Assembly (NCBI RefSeq): GCF_006345805.1
Contig: NW_021832861.1
Span: forward strand, 1 to 64,000
Origin: Octopus sinensis
Taxonomy: Eukaryota
Direction of reading: 5' to 3'
DNA: 64,000 bases
Shown here in pieces: positions 16,231-28,359 of the stretch (within the stretch, counting starts at the first letter, position 1; each line of letters starts with the position of its first letter). The position numbers and the translations under genes are program-made. Below the pieces are notes generated by a model that searched no databases, was not told the origin of the DNA, and saw only the letters and a program-made list of their open reading frames with translations.

Positions 16231-16534
16231 AGACTGGCAAAATCACTTATATGAGCTAAAGGTATGTTTCTGCCAGTGTTTACATTTGTAAGATCGCTCT
16301 ATGACTGTGTTTACAAGGTGATTCTTAGAGAAGAGAATATGGAGTTCAGAGTTGCAAATGTTACAAAATCCCTTGCCCTTGTCGTAAGGAAAAGATACGG
16401 ACAGGATGAACCCATCTAACTTAAAATCTATATTGTCTTTAAGACGTCAAACCAATTGGATACTGTACACACACAAACACACACACATATATATATATAA
16501 GCACATATGTATACATATTTTGTGTACGACGTGC

Positions 16535-16690
16535 TTCTTTTAGTTTCCGTCTGCCAAATCTACCAACAAGGACTTGACCGCCCCGAGGCCATAGTTGGAA
16601 GACTCTGGTGCAAGGTGCCAGGCAGCGGGACTAAACTCGGGACCATGTGGATGGGAAGCAAGATTCTTACCACGCAGCCACGCCTTCAGG
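16535..16690 (-). mobile_element. tRNA-derived SINE head
   Basis: CAAGGTGCCAGGCAGCGGGACTAAACTCGGGACCATGTGG..CACGCAGCCACGCC is the reverse complement of the head. Confidence 0.8.
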
Positions 16691-18109
16691 TACACTCTTT
16701 CATCAACTACCCCTAATTTAGTTATACGTTATCTGTACAGGGTGAAGCTGAAACGTTCCTGGCTTTGAGTAAAAGAAAATACTAGAGATTCAATTATGCT
16801 CTTGTTGAATATAATCCCACCCCAGATTCACACACCGATTGCAGTGGTCCTTCAGTTTTTCTAAGCCCTCTAAAAACACTCGGATGTTTGGGTCTCCAAC
16901 CAGGCCTTTCGCGACACCCTCAAAGCCAGGAACTTTTCTCCACCCTCTCGTATGTCTGTCTTCCAGTCAGTTTTTCAGTTTGTCTGTCGGCCATATTGTC
17001 TGAAAACTCGAAGGTGTCTGAATGTGTCTGCCAAAGCTCCGTTCGTCCGTCGGTCTGTCTGTCAGTACAATTACTTTCGGTTTCTTGTCCCTCTTTCATA
17101 TTCTTCCCACCACCACTATTTTAAAAAAAATCAGGTCCTTTATTTTGCTTCTTTTCACCCACTTTCCTTCCTTTTTCTGCTCCCCCTTTTTATCACCACC
17201 ACCACCACCACCATTCCTCATCCGCCTACATCGTCATGGTGAGCCTGACATTACCACAATCTACTACCGTCGCCACCCTATTATATCATCTTAATTATCA
17301 GTAGCATCATCAAGAACAGCATGAATGACATCAGCCTCCTCCCGCCCTGCCACCATCGTCTAATTAACGGTAGCAATTATCAAGCATAGTGAACAACGAT
17401 GTTAAGGAGGTCAATATCGCAATCTTCATAGAAAGAAACAAAAATACCCCCCCCCCCAAAAAAAAAAAAACTACATTAATACATGATCACGTGTTATCAA
17501 TATCGTCTTCATTGTTGTAGAAATCGTCTTTAACATTATCAAACACACCCCACCGAATATTCTTACCAACGCCGTAATCGTCAGCAGCATAGCCAATAAC
17601 ACCCGAAACCTCTAACAACCACTCCTGATGCCACCGTGACCAACACCATTGTCCAGAAATGACCGTCGATGCCCCATACCATCGCCGACAGTCAACATGT
17701 ACAACTGTAACAAGACCGACCAGACAAACGCTTTAAGAGAACCAATTATGACGTCATCACGTTCCATCAAAGTGGAAAATAATGGTTCTATGACACGTTT
17801 GTTCTATGATGTTAGTTTGTCTAACACACACGCGTATATACACCCTACATACAACTACATATATAGAATTACATATTTCACTATGCATGCAGATATACAC
17901 ACGTATGTTAACAGCAATTAAACGCAAGTATGTCGTCAATATGGCGTCCATCTCGAAGTACGGCGCCGAGCGTGCGATTTATTTTATTGTTGGATATTTT
18001 ACCAATAAAAGAAGCTGTTTTGCATGATTACCGATCTTTTAAGCGGCGGTGCCATTATCAAACAATCACAAATATACCTTGTTTTCTGGCATAAAATTTA
18101 ACCCTGTCG

Positions 18110-18405
18110 TTTGAGGCTTAGTCACACTGAGTGCAATCCTAGGCAAGTACCTGCTATAGACTCGGGCCGATCAAGGTCTTGTGATTTTATTTCCTAGATG
18201 GGAACTAAAATGACTGTCGTGTGCTCGGGTGTTGTTTCCCACCGCTTGAAAAAAACCAGTGCTGGTTTGTCTACGTACCCGTAACATGGCGATTCGGCAG
18301 AAAGAGTACAATGGAAAAAGTACCAGGCTTGAATAAGTGCTAGGGTTGATTTGCTCGGCTAAGGTCGTGCTCCAGCCTCACAGCAGTTGAAGTAAAAGAA
18401 AGATA
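18110..18405 (+). mobile_element. Degraded tRNA-derived SINE
   Basis: GGGCAAG-like, CCGTAAC..GGTTCGGCA and GCTCCAGC..CAGT..AGTAAAAGA tail motifs. Confidence 0.7.
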
Positions 18406-18882
18406 TACACTCGATTCGTATCAAGTCTAGGTCAATCAACGAATGTCTACCGAAATCGAATTTACAGCTTACACATCGATCTCTCTCATAGAAGCTAAGA
18501 AATGAAGGAAAACTTTAAAGCTCGGAAAAACACGACCAGGTTTCGTATTTTTTGTAGAACAGAAAAATGAATTTATTCGCTGATAGTTTAATTGTATGAG
18601 GTTGAGTTCGATATTTGGCACATCATATTTATCTAAATATTGTATTATTCCAGAATAATGTATCTGTTACTACATCAACCGATACGTGTGTACAGACGTG
18701 TGTGACAGTAAAAGTGGTATTATAAATGTGCATACCACTTGTCCATCAGAAATAAGATGTCCTTACACTAGAAATGGGATTCACAAGTTTCGCAGTAAAT
18801 ACAGCGAGGCAGGAAGTGAAAAATGGGGTCGGAGTGTGGAAGTCGCGCGCACATACATACATACATACATATATATATATAT

Positions 18883-19100
18883 AAGGCGAGCTGGCAGAAA
18901 CGTTAGTACGCCAGGCGAAATGCTTAGCGGTATTTCGTCTGTCGTTACGTTCCGAGTTCAAATTGCGCTGACGGCGACTTTGCCTTTCATTCTTTCGGGG
19001 TCGATAAATTAAGTACCAGTTACGCACTGGGGTCGATGTAATCGACTTAATCCCTTTGTCTGTCCCCCCTGTGTTTAGCCCATTGTGGGTAGTAAATAAA
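18883..19100 (+). mobile_element. Young SINE (AAGGCGGCGAGCTGGCAG family)
   Basis: Very similar to the reverse complement of 36480-36720. Confidence 0.9.
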
Positions 19101-19108
19101 TAATATAT

Positions 19109-19142
<34 letters not shown>

Positions 19143-19179
19143 CATGTGCACACTTTCCAACTGCCTCATCAAAGACGAT

Positions 19180-19330
19180 AATGATTGCGGTGCGGTCCTA
19201 CGTGATTAAAATCACGTGCATCAAATTCAATGAGTTCTACATCGGATGTACCATCAAAGAACACTATGCTAATGCTTCTTCCGTAGAAAAAGGAATCTGC
19301 AGAAATACCACACCAAAGACATTCAGGTTT
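19180..19330 (+). mobile_element. Possible Penelope GIY-YIG endonuclease remnant
   Basis: SYVIKITCIKFNEFYIGCT resembles VIYKITCxxCxxFYIGxT. Confidence 0.5.
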
Positions 19331-19499
19331 CCACTGCAGCCACAGAAAGAAACATTGGGAAACTGAGAATCAAAGCTGTTTTAATTAACACGCCATATGT
19401 GAGATCAGAGCCGCATGCGGCTGATGGGTTCACATAATAACGAATACCACCTTTCCTGAGGAAGGGGTAGGCGTGGCTTCCTTCAGCGGAGCCTCCTGA

Positions 19500-20120
19500 G
19501 TATATGACGGAGGGAGATGTAGAAAAAGTCGAGGAGGAGGTAGCCCCCTCGAAAGGAAAAAAAGAAAGAAGATTGGCGACAATGGTTGCCCACCGATGGA
19601 TTCTGAGGTGACGGGAGAAACTCTACCCTCTCATCGAGAAGAGAAAAAAAAAAGAAAAAAGAATGGGACATCGCTGGCAGTTGACAATCAACTGCCAGCA
19701 TGCCCCGAAACTGTCGGTGGGAAGTATGCCACCGATAGAGGGAGCAGTGACCCATCCAAGCAGGAGGGAAGATGAGTTTGTTGTTCTCTTTCTGAAGGGA
19801 GGGGCGATAGAAAACCTAAGGAAGCGAGGCTTGACGGAGGAGCCCTTAGCCTGGACCGAAGGCAGGAATTGGCCTTCGCAAGTGACTGCGAAGGTCATAT
19901 CGGAGGTCGACATGGCCATGGTGGTGGGCTCCTTTACGAGAGACTTGTTCAGAATCGTGATTTTGGACCCCGAGCGGGTACCTAAGGGCAGCTCACAGCC
20001 CGGTCGGAGGCGAAGAAGAATAGGCTCAGCGCCGAAATATGTAAATAGGCATTAATAATGTTGCCATTTCTGTAAGAGGGTTATTACCTCAAGATGTGTC
20101 TTTCTAAAAGAACAATGTTA
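19500..20120 (+). mobile_element. Probable Tx1/L1-clade ORF1 remnant
   Basis: ORF 19663-20055 resembles the central part of ORF1 at 45867; a degenerate knuckle (CHFCKRGYYLKMC) follows. Confidence 0.45.
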
Positions 20121-20261
20121 TGGAGAAGCAGAAGGTCGGCGGACACTTTCTGTCATCTCCCATTTTTACCATCCTGTATTATCGTTCGCCTCATCAATGT
20201 CTTGTCCAGCCCGCAAAGCTACCCATCTTAGTACTGCCTCTATGGAAAATTTGATAAAATA

Positions 20262-20435
20262 GAGTAGCTTGCTTACGAACCACGTGGTTCCAGATTCAGT
20301 CCCACTACGTGGCACCTTGGGCAAGTGCCTACTACTATAGCATCGAGCCGACCAAAGCCTTGTGAGTGGATTTGGTAGAAGCCCGTCATATATATATATA
20401 TATATATATATGTGTGGATGTATATGTATGTATAT

Positions 20436-20477
<42 letters not shown>

Positions 20478-20665
20478 CTCCCAACATCGCTTGACAACCG
20501 ATGCTGGTGTGTTTACGCCCCCGTAACTTAGCGGTTCGGCAAAAGTGACCGATAGAATAAGTACTAACCTTACAAAGAATAAGTCCTGGGGTCGATTTAT
20601 TCGACTAAAGGCGGTGTTCCAGCATGGCTACAGTCAAATGACCGAAACAAGTAAAAGAGTAAAGG
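20262..20665 (+). mobile_element. Near full-length tRNA-derived SINE with internal (TA)(TG)n
   Basis: Head, GCCTTGTGAGTGGATTTGGTAG body, microsatellite, then CATCGCTTGACAACCGATGCTGG...AAACAAGTAAAAGAG tail. Confidence 0.9.
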
Positions 20666-21216
20666 GTCCCAAAAGAACCGAGTTCTATGACCTGCTGTTG
20701 TTTTAGATTCAAAAGGATCTCCGTCCATTCATGGCGGAGACGTAGTTTTTTTTTATAAAATAAAAGTGGATTGTAGCGTAAATGTTAAACTGGCGAAAAT
20801 GGTTCGCATGTTAGATAAGTGATTACAGGTTAGGACCGGTGGAACATATTCTGTGAGAACTATTGTATTGGGCCCCTAGAACAAAAGGTCACAACAAATA
20901 CAAGGTTTTCTCTCCGACACTAACGACTCCAATTCAATACTTCTATTGAATAGAAATCATTTACTTAGCAAAAAACAAAACGATATCTTCACTTCCAACG
21001 TTTTATTCGTTTAAAGAAACTTCAGGGTGATATGTTATAGAATGTTTATCGTTTGCAGATCAAAAATATACAAAAACAATACGATATATGTACATTTTTA
21101 CATATAACGCCCCAGCATGAGAACAGCTCGAGGGTTGAGGGTTGAGACAGAAAATAACGTAAAGACTTAATATGTACATTTTACACATCAAAAATATACC
21201 GTACTATACAATTGTA

Positions 21217-21464
21217 TTCGGCTGGTGCATAATCATTGCGGCTTTTTTTTTTTTCCAACAAATTTTATTCAACAAAAACAATATTTAACAAAAACATCTT
21301 TAAATGACAGTCTGACCGTCTGCCAAACAAATGGGAAGCAGTAATTGAAGTAGATGGTGAATATGCTCCGGAATAATCATTTGAAGATGTTTTTGTTACA
21401 TGTTAGTGTTTTTTGTTGAATAAAATTTGTTGAAAAAAGCCGCAATAATTATGCACCAACTCAA
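21217..21464. mobile_element. Mariner-derived MITE
   Basis: TA on both sides; ~90-bp imperfect TIRs starting TTCGGCTGGTGCATAATCATTGCGGC / TTGAGTTGGTGCATAATTATTGCGGC (Hsmar1-like TTAGGTTGGTGCAAAAGTAATTGCGG); core encodes DRLPNKWEAVIEVDGEY, a mariner C-terminal motif. Confidence 0.9.
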
Positions 21465-22799
21465 TATAAAATATCAGTGTTCTGTATAATATAGAAGTTA
21501 TATGAATAACATCAAATGTTGTTGTGCAGTTTTAGGGAAACATTTCTCATATACCAAAAATGTTTTAAAACATCAAAAAGAGAACAAATATAAATGTACA
21601 AGTTTCATATCAAGAAATGAACAGAACTATATATGAACAAAATTTTGCTTAAACAATACAAAATATATTTTATTGATCAGAAATCCCAATAAAACGTTAC
21701 ATAATTTATTTCATATCAAAATTTACAAATCAGAAAACAATTCAAATAAAATATACATAATGATAATGCTTCGTGTTTTTTTTTTTACAGTTTATTCAAC
21801 AGCTTTGCAGACGGTTAAATAAGTTAATTCGGCTGGGAAACCCTGGGTAGCTGAATTTCACAATCTTATATTTTTAGCTTCTTAAATGATCCAGAGTTCT
21901 ACTGCATGATCGTTATACTACACACTACACATTCATGTAGGTAAGTGTCTGTGTATATATTGTGCATAGTATATATCACATACCAAAGACTTGAGAATGG
22001 AGTAAGTGGAGCAAGAACACACATGAAAACGAAAAGTGTCGCTGAAGAGGTCACAGATGTGTGGCGAAAGATTTCCGGATAATGGACAAGAGTTAAAATA
22101 ACAGTAATAAACGAGGGAAGAAGAAACAATTCTATAAGTATGTACAATATTTTACATATTGAAAATATAAGAATGAGGGTTCTAGCATGGCCACATCAGG
22201 AAATTCATGTTGGATGAATGTAATATATTAGGAGCCAGAAGATCGATATAATACATCTTACCGATCTTGGAAATGCATGAAAGATTAACTCAAACTTGAC
22301 TAGATTTGAACCCCCGAGGCGTAAAAGGATGCGACAATACCACAAGGTATTAAAACCGACATTTTAACAGTACTGACGTCGATCCTGCTTATTTCGTATA
22401 CAGAAAAATGGTGAGGTTGAATCAATCTAACCCAGTTACCATGGCTGGTACATATTTAGCTGGGAAACTTAAAAACCGTCTGTCGGATTTGAACCTCGAA
22501 TATAAGATGGCGAAATTGAACACCGACGAGAATTTAATCTGTCGCTTTGTCTGTACTATTAGAATAGTGGGTTTTGAGGGTCTCAGTAAACTCTCAGTAA
22601 ATCGTTTCTGAATAAAAAGGGAAGGTTCTGACAAGTAACATCTACGATCCTTGTGCCACGGCATCAAAGCCGATTCAGAGAAAGAAAGTCAATGGGTTGC
22701 TGCTATTTTATCGATACCGACGTGAAATTCAAAGGTGACATCGACAGGATTCGAACTCTGGACAGAGCCAGAAGAAATGCTGTCACATAGTTTGTTCGA

Positions 22800-23105
22800 C
22801 TGATGATGGCGACACTGAGAATGGTGGTGGAGGTGGTGGTGCTGGTGGTGGTGGTGGTTGTAGCATTGGTGACGCAGCTGTTAGCGATGGCAGTTTTCAC
22901 GATGACGACGACGATGATGATTCGGAGGAGGAGGAGGAGGAGAATAATTACAATGATGATAATTGATGCTGTTGACGGTGATACTGGTAATGATGATGTT
23001 GAGGATGATGCTGATGAGGCGGAGGAGGAGGTGGGATAGGAGGAAAATGAAAAAAAGGAAGAAAGGAAGCAAATGACGATGATGGTGCTGCTGCTGATTA
23101 TGCAC
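22800..23105 (+). repeat. Dispersed copy of the GAT/GAG module at 13880-14160
   Basis: Same unique phrases (GTTTTCACGATGACGACGACG, AATTGATGCTGTTGACGGTGATA, GCAAATGA..GGTGCTGCTGCTGATTATGC). Confidence 0.88.
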
Positions 23106-23479
23106 CTTAGAGATACTTTTTAAGTTTTGGCACAAGGCCAGCAATTTTGAGGGAAGAAAGTATTACACGACTGGGACTTGATTTTACCAGCTGCGGAAGG
23201 AGAAAAGGTCAAATGAATCGGCCATATTTGACAAATTGAAGCGATGGTAAGAAAAATAGCTTAAAGTATTTTCCCCCGAGAGTTCTAACGAGTCAGCCAA
23301 TCCGCTGCAAATATAGGCACAAGAGCATATTCTAATTCTGGCAAAAGTCCAAACCGGCAGTTTTCCAGATTCGGATGGGAATATTAATATTAAAACGTTA
23401 CTAATACCGGAAGGCATTCAATTCGTCGCGTTACCGATCCTGAATCTAGCACCAAAAAAAAAAAAAAAAAAAAAAAAAA

Positions 23480-23890
23480 ATCCAACATAGCAACAAGGCC
23501 AGAATTTTGTAAGGGACAGTAAAGTCGATTATCCGAACCAATAGGTTACTGGAACTACTATTTTACCCTGGTTCGATGAAGTTGATCTCGGTAGGATTTG
23601 AACTCAGAATGTGAAGAACCCTAACTAAATATTGCAAAGCATTTTGAACGAATCTAGCAGTCTACCACTCTTGATTGGTGCAGGGGGAGAAATTAAGTCA
23701 AAGCCAGAATTTTAAGTGGGAAGGAGTGTTAGTCGATGAAATCGAACACCTGTTTTAGCTTTTTTTTTTTTTAATCTGCAGAGTTTATAAAAGTTCACTC
23801 CGGTGGGATTAGAACTCGGAACGGTTACACCTACAACAAATGTCTCAAAGTATCTTGTCTGTCACATTAACGATTCTGCCAATGCACCAC
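23480..23890 (-). mobile_element. Two degraded SINEs of the second family
   Basis: CAAGGCCAGAATTTT..GTCGAT..ATTTGAACTCAGAA motifs twice. Confidence 0.7.
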
Positions 23891-25599
23891 CCATGGGTCA
23901 CGCTATTCATTGCAAATAGTGAACGATGCAAACAGTGGACAATGGAACACTAGAACCAAGCATTGGGGGAGAAAAACTGGGAGCAATGAAGTTGAACAGT
24001 AGAAACTGGACATTAGGAACTGAACGCTTTGAAAATTGAATAGTTTATGGTAACAGGTTTTTGGGAGTGTAAACCTGCATGTGCCAAGTCATTGTTAAAA
24101 GAAAATGTTGCAAATAGTGAACAGAGGAGCCAGTGAACAGAGGAGCTAGTGAACACTAGAAACAAACATTGCGAAACACTGGCACGAATTACGATGGCTA
24201 AGATCCGAAACTGAAAATTGGGAAAGTAAACATTAATAGTTACAAATAAAAATTATCGTGTAAACAGGCTTTTTATGCCAGTTATAATATTCATTAACAA
24301 CTAAACAGTAAATGGCGAACAAAATAAACGGTAACCATTGAAAATGAACACTGGAAAAAAGAATATCTATACAAATACACACTGGAGACGTTGAACGGTA
24401 TAAACTGAACGTCAGAAAACAAATTGGAGAACATCGGAAGAAAAGCAAATTACGGTCAGAGCATGTTGCAGAAGGATACCCACATGCATCGAATGGATAT
24501 TGCTTTTGCTTCCTTGATAAGAGTTCACCCAAAACTTTGGTCTACTTTTTCTTCATCCGGCGAAATATTTACCAATAACAACTTCAATCTATGTTTGCAT
24601 TTTGTTCAATTCTTCGAATTTGTCTGTTGTAATCTTTCACACTGTCCATATGTCCATCTCTTATTCTCTTCGCTCCATTTGTGCTCTTAAGGGTTACCGT
24701 ATACAAATAATGCAATACATATCAACAAGTGGGGGAAATGAGGGTAATACAAATGAATCAGAATAGTTTCGGGACCAATAAAGTCAGCTTCAAATGTTAT
24801 ACAAAAAGAGACTTGGAAACGGTCCGAAAAACCGTTATGTTCTGGCTGCTAATTATTGGAACAATGTTGCTTCTGCTTATCTCCAAGACTGTTCTGTTAA
24901 GTAAATATATGACGAGCGTCGTTCTAGTTGATCACCCTGACTTCCCTTTTCGCCTCGTATACATTTTAAGACAGTAGCACGTATTTGAGGCAAGTTGGTG
25001 ACTATTACTAGCAAGTCGGGGCTTCTCTGGAGGATTAGCTTATTTCAGAAACAAACCAGCATTTTTAAAATTAAAAAAGTGAAATCTTGAAGAATTCCAA
25101 GAATAAGTTTCAACGTGTCTATATTCCATATCTCGAATTTCTTTGTATTAACAGTTGAAACAGAAGGTGTGAGGTAGAGGGTGGAATATTACAGTAATGT
25201 TGCGAAGTTTGGTTAAAAGAATGGTAGACCATCTGCTGCTTCCTCTTGAGTAAACCTTGTAAAAAGTTACGAAAGCTGAGCCCTAAGACTAAAAAATGTG
25301 GTTCGCGGGTTCCCATGACATAAGTGAGATGGAACATCCATTCTCCCTGTGCGGGATGCCAGTTCGTTGCCAGAAATTGAGAGGAGGGGAACAAGTTGAT
25401 TTCATCTATCTCAGTATTTGATTTTCTCGACTCCGAGAGAGGTGAAAGGCCAAATTAGTCTCGTGTTTTGAACTCAGCTCAGAACTTAAAGGAAATGCTT
25501 CGCATTTTCTCCGACGTGGTAACGATTCCGCCATATTGCTGCTCTCTTTAAAAGCTGCCTAGATGTAAATACTGCTGGTTCTGATGGAGAAGTTTATGA

Positions 25600-26500
25600 A
25601 GGCCACTAGTCATGGTGTGCGGAAAGGAAACGTTGGGACAATGACCGGATTGTTGGTCCAGGTTGCAAAATCTGTCTCATACGACAAATTTGAGGTGGTG
25701 TTTGCGAAAAGGTGACGAGCGCTTTCTTCTTCCTCTTGAATAACTCATTATTGGAGCTAAATGCCAGATAATAGTCCGTATCTCAATAATGAGTGGGGGT
25801 TGAATCAGTTGAGAGAAACCGCTTCATCATACATTCCATGAAGGGTAAGCAGATGTCCAAATTCTCTTGAAATATAAGACGTAATGAATAAAAGAAAAGC
25901 TATGGAATTAACATTAGGTAATGATGAAACTGGTGTTTAATATTCCGAGTAACAAACTGGAAACGAGTTAACCGGTTCCGAGTCCAAAAATTCGAGGCAA
26001 AAATGTCCAAGGATCAATGAGAAAATTGATAATAGTTTCCAAAATGATGTAACAAAATTGCTGCTTCAGTCAAAGATGTCTTAGTCGGTAGAAGTTAAAG
26101 AGTGCGAGTGGTGGTAATTGGATCTTTTGGTTTGTGGTAGTGGACCAACAGAATTCATTTGAATATCGCCAAAACTAGCAGAGGTTCTTTTAAAGACACA
26201 TGGAGAAGATTTCGTTTTGATATTTGCCCAGGAACAAATATTTCAGTTTGGGCCTCTTTGTGATCACTAGATCTATGAAGGAGTGAAATCTGTCACCTTT
26301 GTGAATGACAACTTACAGTCACAATATCAGACATTTTTATTTTCTTTCGTAGAACAAATTGTAACATCAATGGTTGAAATCGGATTGAAAATCTTTCAGA
26401 TTAATTGTGTAGTCATTGCCAATATGAGTTTTTATACCAAAGATCAATTTCTAGACTTAAGGCACAAAATTGGCGTCAGTCGGACCTGTCTGAGATGCAA
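25600..26500 (-). mobile_element. Possible old LINE (APE endonuclease) remnant
   Basis: Only ISTIDVTICS and RSSDHK motifs in different minus frames; many stops. Confidence 0.3.
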
Positions 26501-28359
26501 ACAGAGCGACGTGGGTTTATGTTGAAAACCTGTCGCGTCTGAGACGATAACGGCTGTCGACCGAGTCCATAAAGATTGCTCCGCTGCTTTAACAGGGAAA
26601 GGCAGTTTTCCTCCGTCTAGTGGCTATCGCAAAAGAAGTATGGTTGTTGCGGGTGAAAGGTTTGAGGACATCTTTATTGGCGGCTTTTATTGACATCTTT
26701 AACTGGCTCATTAGCCAGTTAAGCCTGTCACAATACTAACCAATATACTTTTATGAAAAAACTTACAATTTATTTTATGTCCTTTTGCGTTGCATAATTT
26801 GACAACTGGAGTTAGTAAAGGGTTTCTGTAGTTGCTGAATGAGGCCTTGTCCTCTTCATAAGTACCGATGTGTTAATTCACGGGTGAGATAACAATGAGA
26901 GCCAATATTTCTTTCCAATGAAAGTGTAGCAAACTGGAGGATGGAATCTTACAGGAGATAGTGTGACCACGTCATTGCATCCTGCGATTTTGTTTTGAAA
27001 TCAGAGGTTAAGCAAAAGTAATATTGTGACACTGATATAGATGAGGGCAGCCAGTCACTTTCAGCAATAGCGATAAGGTGTTGATTTGTATGCTGACCAA
27101 GAACAAAGTCCGCTAATAGTTATTTTCACAGCCTGCTTATGACAATTATTTTCACGCTGCATCGGTGCCACTGAGGAAAAAACAAATTTAAATACCCTAC
27201 CGAAAATCTTCCTGAGGTTTTTGTACAATAAAAAAAAAGAAGAGGTTGGGTTCTGTTCGGCTTTCAAGACTTCCAACAATAAATAAAATCCATTTCGTTG
27301 GTCGGTGATTTTTCTTCAGGTGTTTTAAGTGACTGTGTGCGTCGTCGTCAATGGGATTTGGAAGTTAGGGGACCTGGCTGTGAGAGATGTATGTAAAAGA
27401 GCCCTGTCTAAAACTGCTTCTTGACTTAGCACACTAGAGAGTATAGAGAGAGTAAAGGGGCTTAAACACATTCACTGGCAGGGTTAAAGAGACTAAAACT
27501 AGTCAATTTGAAATCCAGAGTGATTAGGGGGGAGGAGTTTGGGTAGTTATGTAGACTTGGAAGATGACCGTAATCCAGACCAAGGACCCAATAAGGATAT
27601 GGTTACTGATAAAGGATATAAATCTGATAAAAACGTATATTTGTGTCACGAGACAGGATCGAGGTGATTGATACTATTATCGGTTGGAGAAAGATTTTAG
27701 TAGTAAACTATTGCATTTTTTAAGGGTTGTAAACAGGCAGATGAATAAAAGCTCCGTGGGACTAAAATCGGTTTGCAAAGGAAATCTTTACAAACCGATG
27801 TAAAAGAAAGGTCTGCGACAAAACGTTCAGAAAAGTTCGACATCTAGGTACTAAAGTACAGAGGTCCCGACGCAGCTACGTAACCCTAAATCTAACCCTA
27901 GCGAGTATGCACTGTAAAAAAAACAAAGTTACGGAGAAGCATCGAAACCTCTGTATTTAAGAAATGTCGATACCTGCAGTAAAAACTATCGTAATAAGAG
28001 CAAGGAAATTTGACATTACAAATTGTGAGGCATAACAGATAAGTGGCCATAACTAAGCTAATAGTTTGTATGTTATGTAGCTAAAAACCACTCATTCCAC
28101 GAGACAATTGTAGTTTTACGTTAGCCATCTTAAATAATGTAAGCCATCGGAGGAATATAAACAGCATATTGCTATCAGACTGCTTTTATTAACAAAAACA
28201 AAACTTCAGAAATAGAATCATTTGCCAGATTCTCTTAAGGGAACGTAAACTGTGGCGTGTCCACCGACGCCGCCATAGCAGTCTGAAAACTACCTGCTTC
28301 CATCGCTCGCTATCAACGAATATAAAACTGAGGTTACAGCCACCAAGCCCTGCCAGACC

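Noticed and set aside
19406-19424. 14-bp palindrome AGCCGCATGCGGCT
   Set aside because: Isolated, and a single palindrome of this size in 64 kb is not compelling.
23930-24440. Loose GAACACTGG / TGAACAGAGGAGC repeats
   Set aside because: Too degenerate to define a unit; only one clear short tandem duplication.
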